Positions 1 through 12,588 of a stretch of 64,000 bases of DNA are shown here, one piece after another. This stretch comes from Glaucostegus cemiculus (taxonomy: Eukaryota). The notes under the pieces were generated by a model, which saw nothing but the letters and a program-made list of their open reading frames with translations, was not told the origin of the DNA and ran no database searches. Each line of letters opens with the position of its first letter. Positions within the stretch are counted from its first letter, which is position 1. The stretch lies in NCBI GenBank assembly GCA_976551045.1, contig CDPCPM010000180.1:1054001-1118000 (forward strand). Reading direction: 5' to 3'. The translations under genes were made by a program, and so were the position numbers.

Positions 1-272
1 ACATAGGTTTAAGGTGCTGGGGGGAAGATATAGGGGAGATGTTAGGGGTAAGTTTTTTACTCAGAGAGTGGTGAGTACGTGGAATGGGCTGCCGGAGATG
101 GTGGTGGAGGCAGATACGTTAGGGTCTTTCAAGAGACTGTTGGATAGGTACATGGAGGTAAATAAGATAGAAGGTTATGGGTAAACCTAATAGTGTGGGG
201 ACATGTTTGGCACAGCTTTGTGGGCCGAAGGGCCTGATTTGTGCTGTAGGTATCTATGTTCTATGTTCTATG
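1..272 (+). mobile_element. CR1 LINE 3' end (ORF2 C-terminus, 3' UTR and microsatellite tail)
   Basis: Encodes the CR1 C-terminal motif FFTQRVVxxWNxLP, followed by TGGGCCGAAGGGCCTG and a (TTCTATG)n tail; near-identical to the copy at 39712-40101. Confidence 0.9.
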
Positions 273-274
273 TA

Positions 275-515
275 CACAAAAGATGGTACGTATGTGGATT
301 GAGCTACCAGAGGAAATGGTTGAGGCAGGTACAATAACAAATGTTAAAAGACAGACAGGTACATGGGTTGGAAAGGTTTAGAAGGTTATGGGCCAAACAC
401 TGGCATATGGGACTATCTTGGATGGGACAACTTGGTCAACATGGACGAGTTGGGCCAAAGGGCCTGTTTCCATGCTGTATAACTCTACGAGCCCTATGAA
501 CTGTATAAACTCTAT
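275..515 (+). mobile_element. CR1 LINE 3' fragment (different subfamily)
   Basis: GAGCTACCAGAGGAAATGGTTGAGGCAGG ... TTGGGCCAAAGGGCCTGTTTCCATGCTGTA and a (CTCTATG)-like tail. Confidence 0.8.
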
Positions 516-641
516 GCATTAGTAATTATGAGGTCTGGTTTGCAAGTCTCACTATCCTGTCAGGGTAAATTTAAAATGATGTTTCAGGGGAAAGCAGATA
601 CAATAGCAGGTAACAAATATGAGAACCAGCTTAAATGAGGT

Positions 642-1335
642 TAGAACATAGGACAGAGCAGCACAGGAACAGGACTCCCAGCCCATCATGTCTATGCTGA
701 CCATGATGTCAATGTAAACTATGTCTGATTGCCTGCACGTGGACTGTGTCCCTCCTGTTCCCTGCCTATTCATGTGTCTGACTAAATATGCCTCAAATGT
801 TGCTATCATATCTGCTCCTACCACCTCCCCTGACAGTGTGTTTCAGACATCTACCACACTCTGTGTAAAAATCTTGCCTTTTAACTTTCCCCCTCTCACC
901 TTAAACCTATGCCCTCTGGCAAAAAAAAAGTCTGACCATCTTGTCTACTTATGCCTTTCATAACTTTATATACTTCTATCAGGTTGCCCCAGAAGGTCGA
1001 GAGAAAACAATACAAATTTGTCCAGGATCTCCTTATAGATAATACTCTCTAATCCAGGCAATATCTTCATAAAGCTCTTCTGCATCCTCTGCAAAGCCTC
1101 CACATCCTTCCTATAGTGTGGTGACCAGAACTGGACAGAATACTGCAAATGTGGCCTAACCACTGTTTTATACAGCTGCAACATGTCTTCCCAACATTGG
1201 TATTCAATGCTCCACCTGGTGAAGGCAAGTATGCTGTACGCCTTCTTTACCACCTTATCCACTTGTGTTGCCATTTTCAGTGAGCTTTGGACTTGAACCC
1301 CAAAATTCCTCTGTCCATCAGTGCTCCTCAGGGTC
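642..1335 (-). mobile_element. CR1 LINE 3' portion (RT C-terminal region and 3' UTR)
   Basis: ORF 966..1337(-): KKAYSILAF..LQLYKTVVRPHLQYSVQFWSPHYRKDVEALQRMQK is typical CR1 ORF2; TAGAACATAG tail at the left end. Confidence 0.9.
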
Positions 1336-1774
1336 AAAATAATTAAGCTTGAATTTTTTGTGACTGTTACCTCAAGTCTGTGAAGTATTTGTTATTCCTT
1401 AAGATACACACTGTTTCAAACACTTTTAAAAAGGAATAGGTGCTGTCAATACTGATGTGAATGTGATGTATAAGGTCATTCACATAAGAAGAGTCAAGTT
1501 TTATGATGCAGATCCACTGCAGGTTATCCACAAAAACATTATAGATTGAAAATATTATAGATTAACAGCATAAACTTCAACATGAGGGCACATTATTATA
1601 CTGCAATACCTGGCACATGATAACGATTATTCAGGCAAAAGATCATTACAAAATTTAAAGGCTCCACAAATCTGATTATAAGAAATGCAAACAAAATTCC
1701 AATGGAGCCTTTTCTTTTAAGAACCAGTGATGAAATGTAACAAATGGAAACACTGACCTTTTTGTTAATTTTTC

Positions 1775-2262
1775 AGCATGTGGGCATTGCTGGCAAAACC
1801 CAGCAATAATCATCTGCCCTAATCACCCTTGAGTAGGTGGTGGTGAGATTCCTACTTGAACTGCTGCAGCAAGTCCAGGGAAGGCAAGGAGTTCTAGTGT
1901 TTAGATCCAACGGCATTGAAGGAACTGTGCTCTATATGTATGACTTGGAGAGGAATGTGCAGGTAGCAACATATCCAAGGACCTGCTTCCCACATCCTTT
2001 TAGAAAGCCAAGGTCAGGAATTTGAGAGGAGCTTTTGAGTTGCTTTCATTGATGGTACACACTGTAGCCACAGTGCACCAGTGATGAAGGGAATGAATGT
2101 TCAGGTTGGTGGATGGGGTGATAAAGAGGCAGGCCACATTGTTGTGGACGATGCTGAGCTTCCTCACTGTTGGTGTGGCTACACCCATCCAGTCAAGGAG
2201 AGAGATGTCCATTGCACTGCAGACTGTGATGTAAAGATGGTGGAGTCTGTGAAGAACCTTTG
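1775..2262 (-). mobile_element. Degenerate non-LTR retrotransposon 3' end (Zenon/RTE-X-like lineage; clade uncertain)
   Basis: ORF 2000..2311(-) ..LLDWMGVATPTVRKLS..NLNIHSLHHWCTVATVCTI resembles the MEYxPLAWMxAAPTTLKKLD..SLHHRRTVAAVCTIY LINE C-terminus; related copy at 41338-41570. Confidence 0.65.
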
Positions 2263-2549
2263 AATAAACTGGACTAACCTGTTTGAAATCCCCATGTCTC
2301 ACATGTCTCAATCTGAACCCACAGCAACAGATATCATGAGGGGTAAAACACCAGGAGCACGTATCTCACCAGGTGACACAGATGGAATGGGATGGCAAAG
2401 GATCACAGCCATCAAAAGTATCAGAGAACTTCAAGTGACCCCATGCCTGTGTTGGAATGGTGAGACAGAGAAGCTCACAATTAAATTGTGGCCTGTTTGA
2501 GTTGCAAACTTGAGGTTAAGGAAATAGAATTGCAAATTAGTTGAGAACA

Positions 2550-3232
2550 AAAGGGTCCGGGGGTTTAAGTCCATAGCTCCCTGAAAGTGGCTCCACAGGT
2601 TGATAAGGTGGTAAAGGAAGCCTTTACTTGTCATACATTGAGGTCAAGAGTCAGGAAGTAATGTTGCAGCTTTATAAAACTCTAATGTGGAGTATTGCAT
2701 TCATTTCTGGCCACCCCATTATGGGAAGGATGTGGAGGTCTCGGAGAGGGTGCAGAAGAGGTTTACCAGGATGCTGCCTGGATAGAGGGCATGTGCTATA
2801 GGGAGAGGTTGGACAAGTTTGGGTTGTTTCCTCTAGAGCAGCAGAGGCTGAGGGGAGACCTGATAGAAGTTTATAAGATTACGAGAGACGTAGATGGGGT
2901 AGACAGCCGGTATCTTTTTCCCAGGGTCAAAAGGTTTAATGTTAGAGGGCATGCATTTAAGATGAAAGGGAACAAGTTCAAAGGAAACGTGCAGGGCATG
3001 TTTTTACACAGGGAGTGACAGGTGCCTGGAATGCACTGCCAGGGGTGGTAGTGAAGGCTACGTTAGAGGCATTAAAAAGGTTCTTAGGCACATGAATGTG
3101 CAGAGAATGGAGGGATATGGATATTGTATACTCAGAAGGGATTAGTTTAGTTAGACACTTAATTACTAGTTTAATTGGTTTGGCACAGCATTGTGTTCCT
3201 GTGCTGTACTGTTCTATGTTGTATGTTCTATG
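2550..3232 (+). mobile_element. CR1 LINE 3' portion
   Basis: ORF 2695..3018: YRERLDKFGLFPLEQQRLRGDLIEVYKI; WNALP motif; (TTCTATG)n tail. Confidence 0.9.
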
Positions 3233-3254
3233 TCCTGAAAGGATAAACTTGGTA

Positions 3255-3430
3255 CAACAAACAATTTGCTGGAGGAATTCAGCAGGTCAAGCAGCATCTG
3301 TGGGGAGAAAGGAATTGTTGAAATTTTGGTGGAAACCCCGCATTAGGGCTAAGGATGGAGAGGAGAAACAGCCAATTTATACAAGTCTATTGGTTTATTA
3401 CTGGCTATCTCCTCGACATCATAGTCCATG
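3255..3430. mobile_element. Penelope-like element terminal fragments in inverted arrangement
   Basis: GCTGGAGGAATTCAGCAGGTCAAGCAGCATCTG (minus PLE end) followed by a short plus-strand PLE segment TACTGGCTATCTCC..TAGTCC. Confidence 0.6.
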
Positions 3431-4127
3431 ACAGAGGTGATGCCTGCAGAAATGCCAATGCACAGAAATCTAAGAACATGTTTAGCTGACTTTGGAAGGG
3501 AAGATGGAAGAAAGGCAACTGAAACAAAATAATCATCATGACATATGTTACAAGGGAAAGAGGTTAAGTTGAGTAAGTTCTTGTATTATAATCACCAGGC
3601 AGGTCAGAGATGCGAAACAGGATATCAGAGTGATTCTGATAAATGGCTCCAAGAATCAGCTTGGAAGAGTTGTTGGGAAATTCAGAAAGGTTCATGCAAT
3701 GCATTTAATCACAGTGCAAGATACTGAAGAGAACAGGAAGAAAGATTCTCAGTTTAAATACACCCCTTAATTGCTGAAGAAGAGTTCACACAGAACATGA
3801 CTGAGGATCAAGATGAGACACAGTGAGTCCAAGGATGGGTGCTATGCCAACATCTGTTGCATCTCTAGTTTCAACACACTGAACATCAGGAGTTATAAAG
3901 GTCACAGGGAATGCAAATGACCCTGTTAAACTTGTAAAATCTGTAAATATGTTAACCAGTTCATTCTTTCCTTTTAATGGGATAATATGTATGATATATG
4001 TAAATGCATGTGATGTCATTCAAAATGTGTGTATTGTCATACATGAATATGGTTTGAGAAGAACCTTTAAATAAACGGATTCCTTTTGAGCCATCTGTGT
4101 CAGTATGTATTCTCTGCAATGCACATT
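3431..4127 (+). mobile_element. Degenerate Ty3/Gypsy integrase C-terminal region with possible PPT and 3' LTR remnant
   Basis: Manual translation across frameshifts gives TEVMPAEMPMHRNLRTCL / MEERQLKQNNHHD / APR..VVGKFRKVHAMHL, resembling the Gypsy pattern TGxTPAELxxxRxLRTxL..QxxQKxxHD..GPRxY..RxVHxDHL; an AATAAA-containing LTR-like block follows at about 3985-4127. Confidence 0.5.
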
Positions 4128-5239
4128 GTTTGAGGTTAAAGAACTTTAATTGCCCAGCACTATTCAAAACTGAATGAGACTGGACTGCAGATTTTTGATC
4201 AAATCCACAGAATGTGGAATAGCTTATTGTATCCCAGCTATCACATTCTGCTTTTACTGTTAAGATGTATATAGAGACGTTGTAGTAGATTCATCGGATT
4301 GATACCTCATCTCCAGATACGTTGTCTGTGGCTCCTGACCTACACTTCTAAACTACTCAATGAAATGCAATTGGTCCCCTAGCTTGTTGGTGATGGCAGG
4401 GAGATACTGGGCCTTGGGGTTAGAAATTGTGGCCCACAGTGAATCCCAGATGCCCAATTTCAAGGTGAAAATTCCCAAGTTTGACTGATGGCATGAGACT
4501 AAGAGGACTGGAGTCACTGTTGAGGAGTCCCACAATGGCTGCTTCCTAATTTAACATGGCTTTGCTGTATATTGATCTGATAGTCCTGTCAGTAGGTAGG
4601 AGGTTCCTCGAGATTATGTTTAGAGGAATTCAGGATATTGGCTGAAAAACCATGTTTCTGTGAATACGATTATTTCAGGCTCCTGGGACAGCAATCCCAG
4701 TTTAGGTATAAGTACCGAGATAATTGTGAGAATGACTTTGCAAAGTCAATAGGACTGGGCAATAAAGACTGTCTTTGTTTTGCCTGAAATCTATCCCATT
4801 TTATTAATTTTTAAAAGCTCACTCCATCAGTAATTGTATTGTGGTGATTCTGCCTTCAACCATGCTTCTGAAATTTGATTCAATTGACATCTATAACAGC
4901 TGGCAGTTTGCTTTAACACTGTGGTTTGATATAACTGAGGCATATCAGAGTGCAATTAAGAACTCTGGATCTGAATTATGTAATAGGTCAGATGGGTTAT
5001 GAATCAGGTGGGTTTGTACAACAATCCCAGTTAACTGCATGGTCACCATTCTGATGGTACTGCTTGTTCTAATTAGTACTATTCCTGATCCCTGTTGATG
5101 TGGTAGGATTTGAACTCATACCTTTAGATTGTTAATCTGGTTTGCTAGTCCAGTAATTTAACCACTAAGCCATTATTCCTATTTTAAAAATAAATTTTAA
5201 CTACTTTTGAATTCAAGGCACGATGTCATATACCAAAAA

Positions 5240-5392
5240 AACTGCAGAGGGCTTGAAAATAAAATAGAAATAGAAAATGGTGGAAATATTTGACAAGTCA
5301 GGCAGCATCTGTGGAGACAGATATAGAGTCAACCTATTTAGATTGACAACCTTTCATCAGACCTGCTGAGTATTTCTAGTATCTTCTGATTT
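5240..5392 (-). mobile_element. Old Penelope-like terminal fragment
   Basis: AACTGCAGA..GGAAATA..GTCAGGCAGCATCTGTGGAG..CCTTTCATCAG motif shared with the other PLE ends. Confidence 0.6.
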
Positions 5393-6138
5393 AATTGCAT
5401 GGTGATTGTTTCTGCAACATGCCACTAAAATATATTTCATTTCCAGTAAGATAATTTCTGGGTCATTTCAATAATTTAACCAGGCAGTTCCACATGCGAG
5501 TCACCCTTGTGATCCTGCTGGGTTTTCACCGTCAGCAGCACACAAGATGATGTGATTCCCTGGATCGTGTTCCTTTGGAGTGTGTTGTTGCAGTCTGGGA
5601 GATTGTGGATTTTCCATAGCATATCTTATCTTCATCTTCTGCTTTCACTCACCAAATACTGCACTGACCCATTATCGCCCATCTTCAGACTAACCCCTAA
5701 ACCCGCAGTTTGCCCCTACCGATCCCAATCCCACCAATCCTTCCCAATGAAGGAGTAGGTCTCCTATTTCCCACCTTCCCTATTAACATTGGTCTTTAAT
5801 GCCAGTCCTCAATCTAACTGCTTCAATTGATGTTACCCAGTCCATCCACTGCTCCCACCTACCCCATCCTACTGACCTGCTGGGCCATCCCCCAACTCCA
5901 GCCAGTAGTAGAAATTCTAGACAGCAGAATTATGTTCCCTGAAAACTGCAGTCATTAATCACCACATGGCAGCATTACCCATCTCAATTGACCATGCACA
6001 ATTAAGTAGATTACAGACTTCAGTAGGAACACCACTGGACTGTCAGGGGTGAAAAGACTATAAAGGCCGATTAGGAACTTGCTTGCTGATATCGACAGCA
6101 ACAGATCAAGCCAAACATTATGAACAAAAACCAATAAA

Positions 6139-6450
6139 ATACAAGCTTACACAGAGGGATAGTTCCAGCATTAACAACATTAAGATACAAGTTTACACAA
6201 AGGGACAATAACAAGGTTGGTGATGCTTCAATACAAGTTTGCACAGAGGAACAGTAAGATGCATGGTACCATTAAAATATAACTTTGCACACTGAGATAG
6301 TAATAATATTGGTACAGACATACACAGAGAGATTTAACTCAAATGGTGATAGTCAAGCTTACGTGGGCAGGCAAAAAAGAGAGCACAGGTAACATTCCAA
6401 ATCCAGCAGCCAGATAACCAACATGTCTGTACACTGGGACAATAACAACA
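6139..6450 (+). repeat. Decayed minisatellite, 46-bp period
   Basis: ATACAAG(C/T)TT(A/G)CACA(G/A)AGG units start at 6139, 6185, 6231 and 6277 (exact 46-bp spacing); weaker units continue to about 6450. Confidence 0.7.
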
Positions 6451-7344
6451 GCTTCCAGTGAGGGACATTCTATATCCCATGCATGGGTGTCGTGATATTT
6501 TCATAAAAGATCAAAAAATAAATCCAGTCAATTTGTCTACATCAGCCTCATTTGCTAATTTGCTAAACCGAAATGATATTTGCATTGTTGCTTATCTCTG
6601 GAACCCAATTTGATCCTAACCATTGGCAAGATGTCTGATGGAATGTGCACCATGTGTGGAGCAATAGAAATGATTTTCAGGATTGCATCTGCTACATAAG
6701 ACTTGATGCTTTTTTTCTATTTTGTACTTATTTTATTTTATACTCTTCACTTTTTTTGCTATCCAGAAACAAAATTTTAGCACTTAACTCTGGTCTAATG
6801 GTTATTTGTCTCGATATTCCTTTTGCCCTCTGGCAGCTTGAAAGTGAAGTGGTCTTCCACAGGAACAAGCAGAGAGAAGGACACCAGGTTGAACATGGCC
6901 AACAATACACATTTTTGCACCATGAAGCCAGTGCTCAGACTTTGACAGAGATTCTTGCCCATGCTCACAGAGGTCTGCCTTTTGGTGACTATGGTCCATC
7001 AGAGAAGATTTCTGTGGGGTTTCTGTTTATATCCTGCTGCAAGTCTGGCACCTGCCTTAATGCTGGAGTTCCCATGGAATTAAGTCAATAGTTAAAACTG
7101 GTCTTTTATTAAGTCACTTCTCCAATGTTCCCACTGCCCTCTCCACCCCCCACCCCACCAAGCAGAGCAGCTCTGGAAACTCAGTGTGATTTGAGCATTG
7201 CAGTCTCCTGCCTTTGCTACAGACTTTCAGCAAGCAATTGCAGCAATTTTTCTTCTCTTTTCTGATTCATCTCTTTGTATTTCCCTCTTCACCAGAGGAT
7301 TGGTTTGCGATAAACAAGCCTTCAATACCCCCTCTTGCGCAGTA

Positions 7345-7662
7345 TTAATATAATTTGTGTCAATCAGTTTCTCTTAGCCTCTACCCCATCCTAGCTACTT
7401 TCTCTACCCTTTTCCCACCTCTGCAACTTAAAACATGTTTGATTTCTACTCTTTTGTAGTTCTTATGGAAATCATTGCCCTGAAACATTAACTTTGTATT
7501 TCTCTCTCTGTAGAGGAAGCAGTGGTACGTAGACCTGAGGGTTCAGATTGTTGTACAACAATTCTGATGGTCCACAGAAACCCTGATTTCCAACATTAGG
7601 CTGAGACACCAGAGATTCTGCAGGTGTTGGAATCTGGAGCAACACACACAAAATGCTGGAGG
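7345..7662. mobile_element. Two Penelope-like terminal fragments (plus about 7345-7515, minus about 7602-7662)
   Basis: CTGCAACTTAAAACATG..CTGAAACATTAACT..TCTCTCTC (plus) and GAGATTCTGCAGGTGTTGGAATCTGGAGCAACACAC (minus). Confidence 0.55.
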
Positions 7663-7904
7663 GGTGACCCAGGCTACCCTTACTTCACTTGTAGCTTGTG
7701 TGCTCACTGAGAAAGTGAGGGTTGGTTATGTGGAGGTCATTCCTGCGAATGTTATCATGAAGAAGGATGCTTGTCGAGGACTGATGTGCAATGTGCTGAT
7801 GTTATCCCTCAGAGAATGCCTTGCAGACAACCAACTGACAGGCAGACAATCTCTTGTTATTCAGCAGCAAGATCAGTTTCATTTGGAACATATTCTTGCT
7901 ATTA

Positions 7905-8371
7905 GAGGCACGGGAAAGCATGGAAAAAGGTCCTTTGGTGCAATTCGTTCATGCTGTCCAATTGCCTACCTGAGCTAGATCCATTTGCCTGCGATTGGCC
8001 CATATCCCTCTCAATCTTTCCTATCCACGTTCCTGTCTAAATGTCTTTTAAACACTATAATTGTACTCGCCTTTACCACTTCCTCTGGCAGCTCGTTCCA
8101 TACACCCATCATCTTCTGTGTGAAAAAGGAACATTTTCCCTTTAAAATCTTTCCCCTCTCGCCTTAAGCTTTTGCCCTCTAGTTTTAGACTCTCCTACCC
8201 TGGGAAAAAGCCTGTGACCATCCACCTTAGCTATGCCCCTCGTAACTTTCTATATCTCTTTAAGATTCCCCCCTCTACTTCCTACACTCCAGGGAAGAAA
8301 GTCCCAGCTTATCCAGTCTCTCCTTATAACTCAAGCCCTCCAGTCCTGGTAACTAACATCCTGGTGAATTT
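7905..8371 (-). mobile_element. CR1 LINE 3' fragment
   Basis: Reverse complement of the WNELP motif (CTGGCAGCTCGTTCCA), CCCTGGGAAAAAG, and TCCTGGTAAC..CCTGGTGAAT (RFTRMLPG). Confidence 0.8.
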
Positions 8372-8581
8372 AGTACATCCCTCTTAATCAAGACATAGGC
8401 CAGTGGTGGCAGCGCAGTAGAACTCCATCTCTAGTTGGGGACCATAATGTAAGTGCTGTGGACTCCCAAGGACTAAATGTTGGTAAGAGGGAGCACACTA
8501 ATGAATTCAAGCATGAACATTACTGCAGACCTAGACCAAGCGACTGGGCTATTGCAGGTGTAGACGGACATTGAAATGGGA

Positions 8582-8700
8582 AGAGATGAGAGACTGCAGA
8601 TGCTGGAATCTGAAGCAACACACAAGGCGCTGGAAATACTCAGTGGGTCAGGCAGCATCTGTGGAGGGAAATGGACAGTCGAGACCCTTGGAGACTGAAA
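8582..8700 (-). mobile_element. Penelope-like terminal fragment
   Basis: GAGACTGCAGATGCTGGAATCTG..CTCAGTGGGTCAGGCAGCATCTGTGGAGGG; the hammerhead region is internally deleted. Confidence 0.75.
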
Positions 8701-11700
8701 TAGGAAGGTCATTTGTTTGCTGTTGATCCTAGCTTTCAATTCATTTTGAAGAAGTGTGGTCAACATTAGAAGAAAAATTAAATCAGGCTGCATTTCATTA
8801 CTGGACAATACATGGACAATTCTGTGTGGAAGAAAATCTGATTGCTGATGTGATTTCATCAATCAAGACAATCACATTCCCTGCCTCTTTCATCAGGGCT
8901 CGAGAAGCAAATGGTCCCCCTGTATTATTACCCCAGCTGAGCCTAGCTATTTGAGTGCAGTTACTGATTTCACTGCCTGATGCATAAACATACTAACCAA
9001 ATGAGATTTTAGGGTCTACATGTGCCCACAGTCTATTTCTTTTTCTTTCAGATCTGTGGTAGCTGTGGCCTGAAAGAACAAAATTCCACAATGGCATTTG
9101 CAGAGACACATGCACACCAACGATACCAGAAGAATAAGTTATAGCAAAGCTCATCGTCCTGTAGGATGCCAGAAAACAGCCCAGCCACTACATATTATAA
9201 TAATGACAACTCCATTAAAGTTAGTGTGACATAAAAGCCTCCCCTGCTGCAGGGGCCTCACCACTGATTTATCTGCTGCACTTGCGCTAAGCTTTTATCA
9301 CCTTATGCATTACTTCATGTTATATTTATTTAAATAAATATTGAAATAATGCAATTAATATTTTGTAATATGAATTTATGATTAAATGCATTTGAAAATA
9401 TAATTGGAATTTAATGCATCAAAGATTCCAGTTGAGTCTGAGGGAAATGCACAATTACTTCAAACCTCCTTTCTGAAGTGTAGGGAAGGGTGCAAATTAT
9501 TTTTTATATAGCATCCAAGAAACATTTATTCTGAGACACCAAGTAAAGAAAGTGCTACTATGAGCCAGCAGGAGGATTGAAGAAATTCATGGTTAGCTGG
9601 TTAAATCTTAACTATCAGATAACCAACAGTGGGTTTTTTTGGAGCATAGCACGAGGGAACAGTGAACATTCACTGACGACCCATCTGTTCTTTTGTTCAG
9701 TGGACCAGCGAGGAACATATGAACGATAAAGGCGATGCATCTGCAGCAATTATACTCAGGCCATAGGTCACAACTGTGAGCATCAGGGTCAGCTGATAGC
9801 TGGCATTATCTGCCTTTTTCATGGCATCTGGTGCCCCTTCCATAAAGAATCCTATCGTCGGAACTCCCTTACCCTTTTCCGCTGAGTTCCTGCCATGTAT
9901 TCAGCTGAATACACGGCAGACTTTTGCTGACTTTTGCAAGGTTTTTCTCCTTTTTCTTGAAAAAAAACTGGAGAGATAATAGCCATTCCGCACAGGGACA
10001 GATTTGCTTGAAAGAGCACTGTTGCTGCCTGGGGCTATAATGAGCCAATTTTGTTCTCTGAAAATGGGAAAAGCTCAGCAGCTGCAATGTTGTCTGGCTT
10101 CTGACAAATGATGCTGTCATTCTTCCTAATGATTGGTAATAGGATGGCATTTCACTTTTCACACAGATGAGACCCTGACATTGACAGAAAGTGAATGAAG
10201 CCACCCACCAGTCCTACTGCAATTCTCTCTAATAATTTGGAAAAGGTTCACATTCACTTTGATTTCCTTGTGCTATTATTGTACCTTTTCACATTCCCGC
10301 TGATTGTTTAACCTTTTGAAAAGATGTATGGGAGGGTGCAAATGTAGACGCCAGCCATTGTGGGAAACAACAAGGCAGCAGAGAGCATAACGTAGGCCTG
10401 CGCCAAATTATTTTCCTCAGGTATTTCATTATGTATCAGCACAGGGTTCTTGTCCCAGAACCAAAGTGTTAATGATCTTCAATGCTGCCCAAAGTGTGCT
10501 GAAGGAAAACATATATTGCCAATTTCTGAGCCAAAGCATCTCTCAATTAAATGTGCAGTTTTACCCTCAAATTACTGACATGCACTGTTGGTATAGAGCC
10601 TCAAAAAACAGGATTGTATCCTACACTGAATGAGGCCAAAGCCTTTACCCCACAAGGCGGTGAGGGGGGGGGTCTTGGAATGTTATGGAAATAATAGGAA
10701 TGTGTGCACAGTATCAATTAAGTAAATCCCCAGTGTGTGAAAACTTAAATTTTAAAAATTACATTAGCAGAGATGTTTAATAGCAATGGAAGGGAAAGGA
10801 AGGGTAGCTAAAGCTTTGAATGGGAATTAGCTACAAAATGGTTAGCAGAGCATCAGAGCATCACCTTATAAAAACACAGACAGTGATGTGTTTGGATAAA
10901 GTGATTTTCACGGAACTACACACAGCATATGTCCTGAATACCGACTCCCAAACAGTTTCCCGGTTTATAACGTTCCATTTTATCATAGACTTTTTTCATA
11001 GTGTGAGGGAATCTTGAAAATCCCTCCTTGTGAGAATGGTTGCATTGGACATAAATTATCCGTTTCCATGGATTGTATGTGACCTGTAAGGAAAGTGCCT
11101 CACAATTTGATCTTTGTTCACTCAACACAGATTTTCAAACCCCAGCAACTAAGTCAAGCGAGTAACTTAAAAAAAAAGACATTTTTTTTGTATCTAATGT
11201 AAATTCTGAAGAGATTAGATAACTAAATTATAGATATTTAAATCTTACCTGCTACATCCATATTTTAGGTAATAAATAGCACAGATAATTTATGATTGAT
11301 ATTCTTATAACCATTAAGTTCTACATCACTTATCCTTTGACCCTGATGCATTGAAACCCTGATAGCATGATGTGAATTTTCTCATTTTGTGCAGTGGTTT
11401 CTGAAGTGAAATTTAGACACCTCGCAACTGCTCCATAATTGCAATGGAATGACAGGCTTGTCTGGCTTGTATTTATTTACATTGATCTATTGCTTTGATA
11501 ATCACTCCCAGAGCAGCAGAAGTATTCCTTTCAGTCTATTGCTATGTTTCATTTTTATTATTGATTTGGAGAAATTTAACACAAATTAAAGAATAGTTAT
11601 ATTTCCTTGGGACATTAGGCAGTTCTCTTGTCCCTTGAAGTAGGTGACTGAGGATACGAGTTTTATAGCAAGGATTAAGATTCCAGGTTGACACTTATGT

Positions 11701-11864
11701 TTCAGTAAATGAAAAATAGGTTCGAGGGGCTGAATGGCCTGCTAGTACTTCTATGGTCCCAGCTGTCAGAGGTGTTACCCTTTGGATAAAATGTCAAGTA
11801 GCAATTCATTCAGGCTTTTTTGGTGGTTCGCCTTGACTTCCTTTTATTTATTTCTCTGTTTGAA

Positions 11865-12170
11865 GCCTGGAGGTCCTAACCAAGAACCACTAAAGAAAAG
11901 AGGTGGTTGGCTATTTATCTCCTTTATGGCCATGGAATAGTCTTGGATACACAACAGCTGCTGTATTTGCCCAGGTGGCAGTGCTTCAAGGAACCATACT
12001 TTGCTGATACAGTGGCATGTGACCATGACACAGTATCGTTACTGTGTGAATCGGTCTACAACTTTGGCGAGGAAATAATTGCCGTGAATTTTCATAAATT
12101 TCCAGATGATTTTTTAGTCCATTGATCAACATCTCAATCTTTATGCAACTGAAATCTTGATGAAGTTGCT
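11865..12170 (-). pseudogene. Harbinger-type Myb/SANT-like DNA-binding ORF relic
   Basis: ORF 11986..12192(-) FSCIKIEMLINGLKNHLEIY resembles the Myb/SANT N-terminus FSxxEIExLVxxVxxH; after frameshifts, KEKIANH-like and G-G-P-P-like motifs follow. Confidence 0.4.
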
Positions 12171-12588
12171 CCACTTCACGTGAATTGCCCATTCAGCTCA
12201 CCCGAGAAAATGGAATCTTGTAATAGGCAGAAAAATACCTTTCAGCAATGTATTAATTGTCAATGCAAGCATCAGCCACTTTTGCTCAGAAAATCAACAA
12301 ATTTGTGTTTGGAGTCTCATTCCTTCAATATGTGAATTGCTTTAGGTGATTTTAAAAAGTGAATTTTCAAATTTTACATATGTCTAACTTCTCCTTTCCC
12401 TCTTTATTTTGTCTGTCTTAATTCAATCTTTCTTGCTATCAACTTTCTTTTTGTCTGAATTCTCCCATTCTAAATTACTCCCTTTCTCTGTTTACATCCT
12501 AGTCCTCAAATCTCAATAGTTAAGAAGAACTGTCTGTAGGTTCCATCATTCACCATGGTCCCACTGTTGCCCTTGCAGGACTGGTGTA

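Noticed and set aside
6139-6450. CRISPR-like repeat-spacer appearance
   Set aside because: The repeats are not identical, the variable parts still resemble each other, there are no cas genes, and the context is vertebrate; a decayed minisatellite explains it
6645-7091. 148-aa ORF with a hydrophobic N-terminus
   Set aside because: The hydrophobic stretch derives from T-rich low-complexity DNA; there is no domain or exon support
11250-11400. Minus-strand exon-like segment with a CAG|GTAAGA donor
   Set aside because: All three frames contain stops and nothing else supports it; it could only be non-coding
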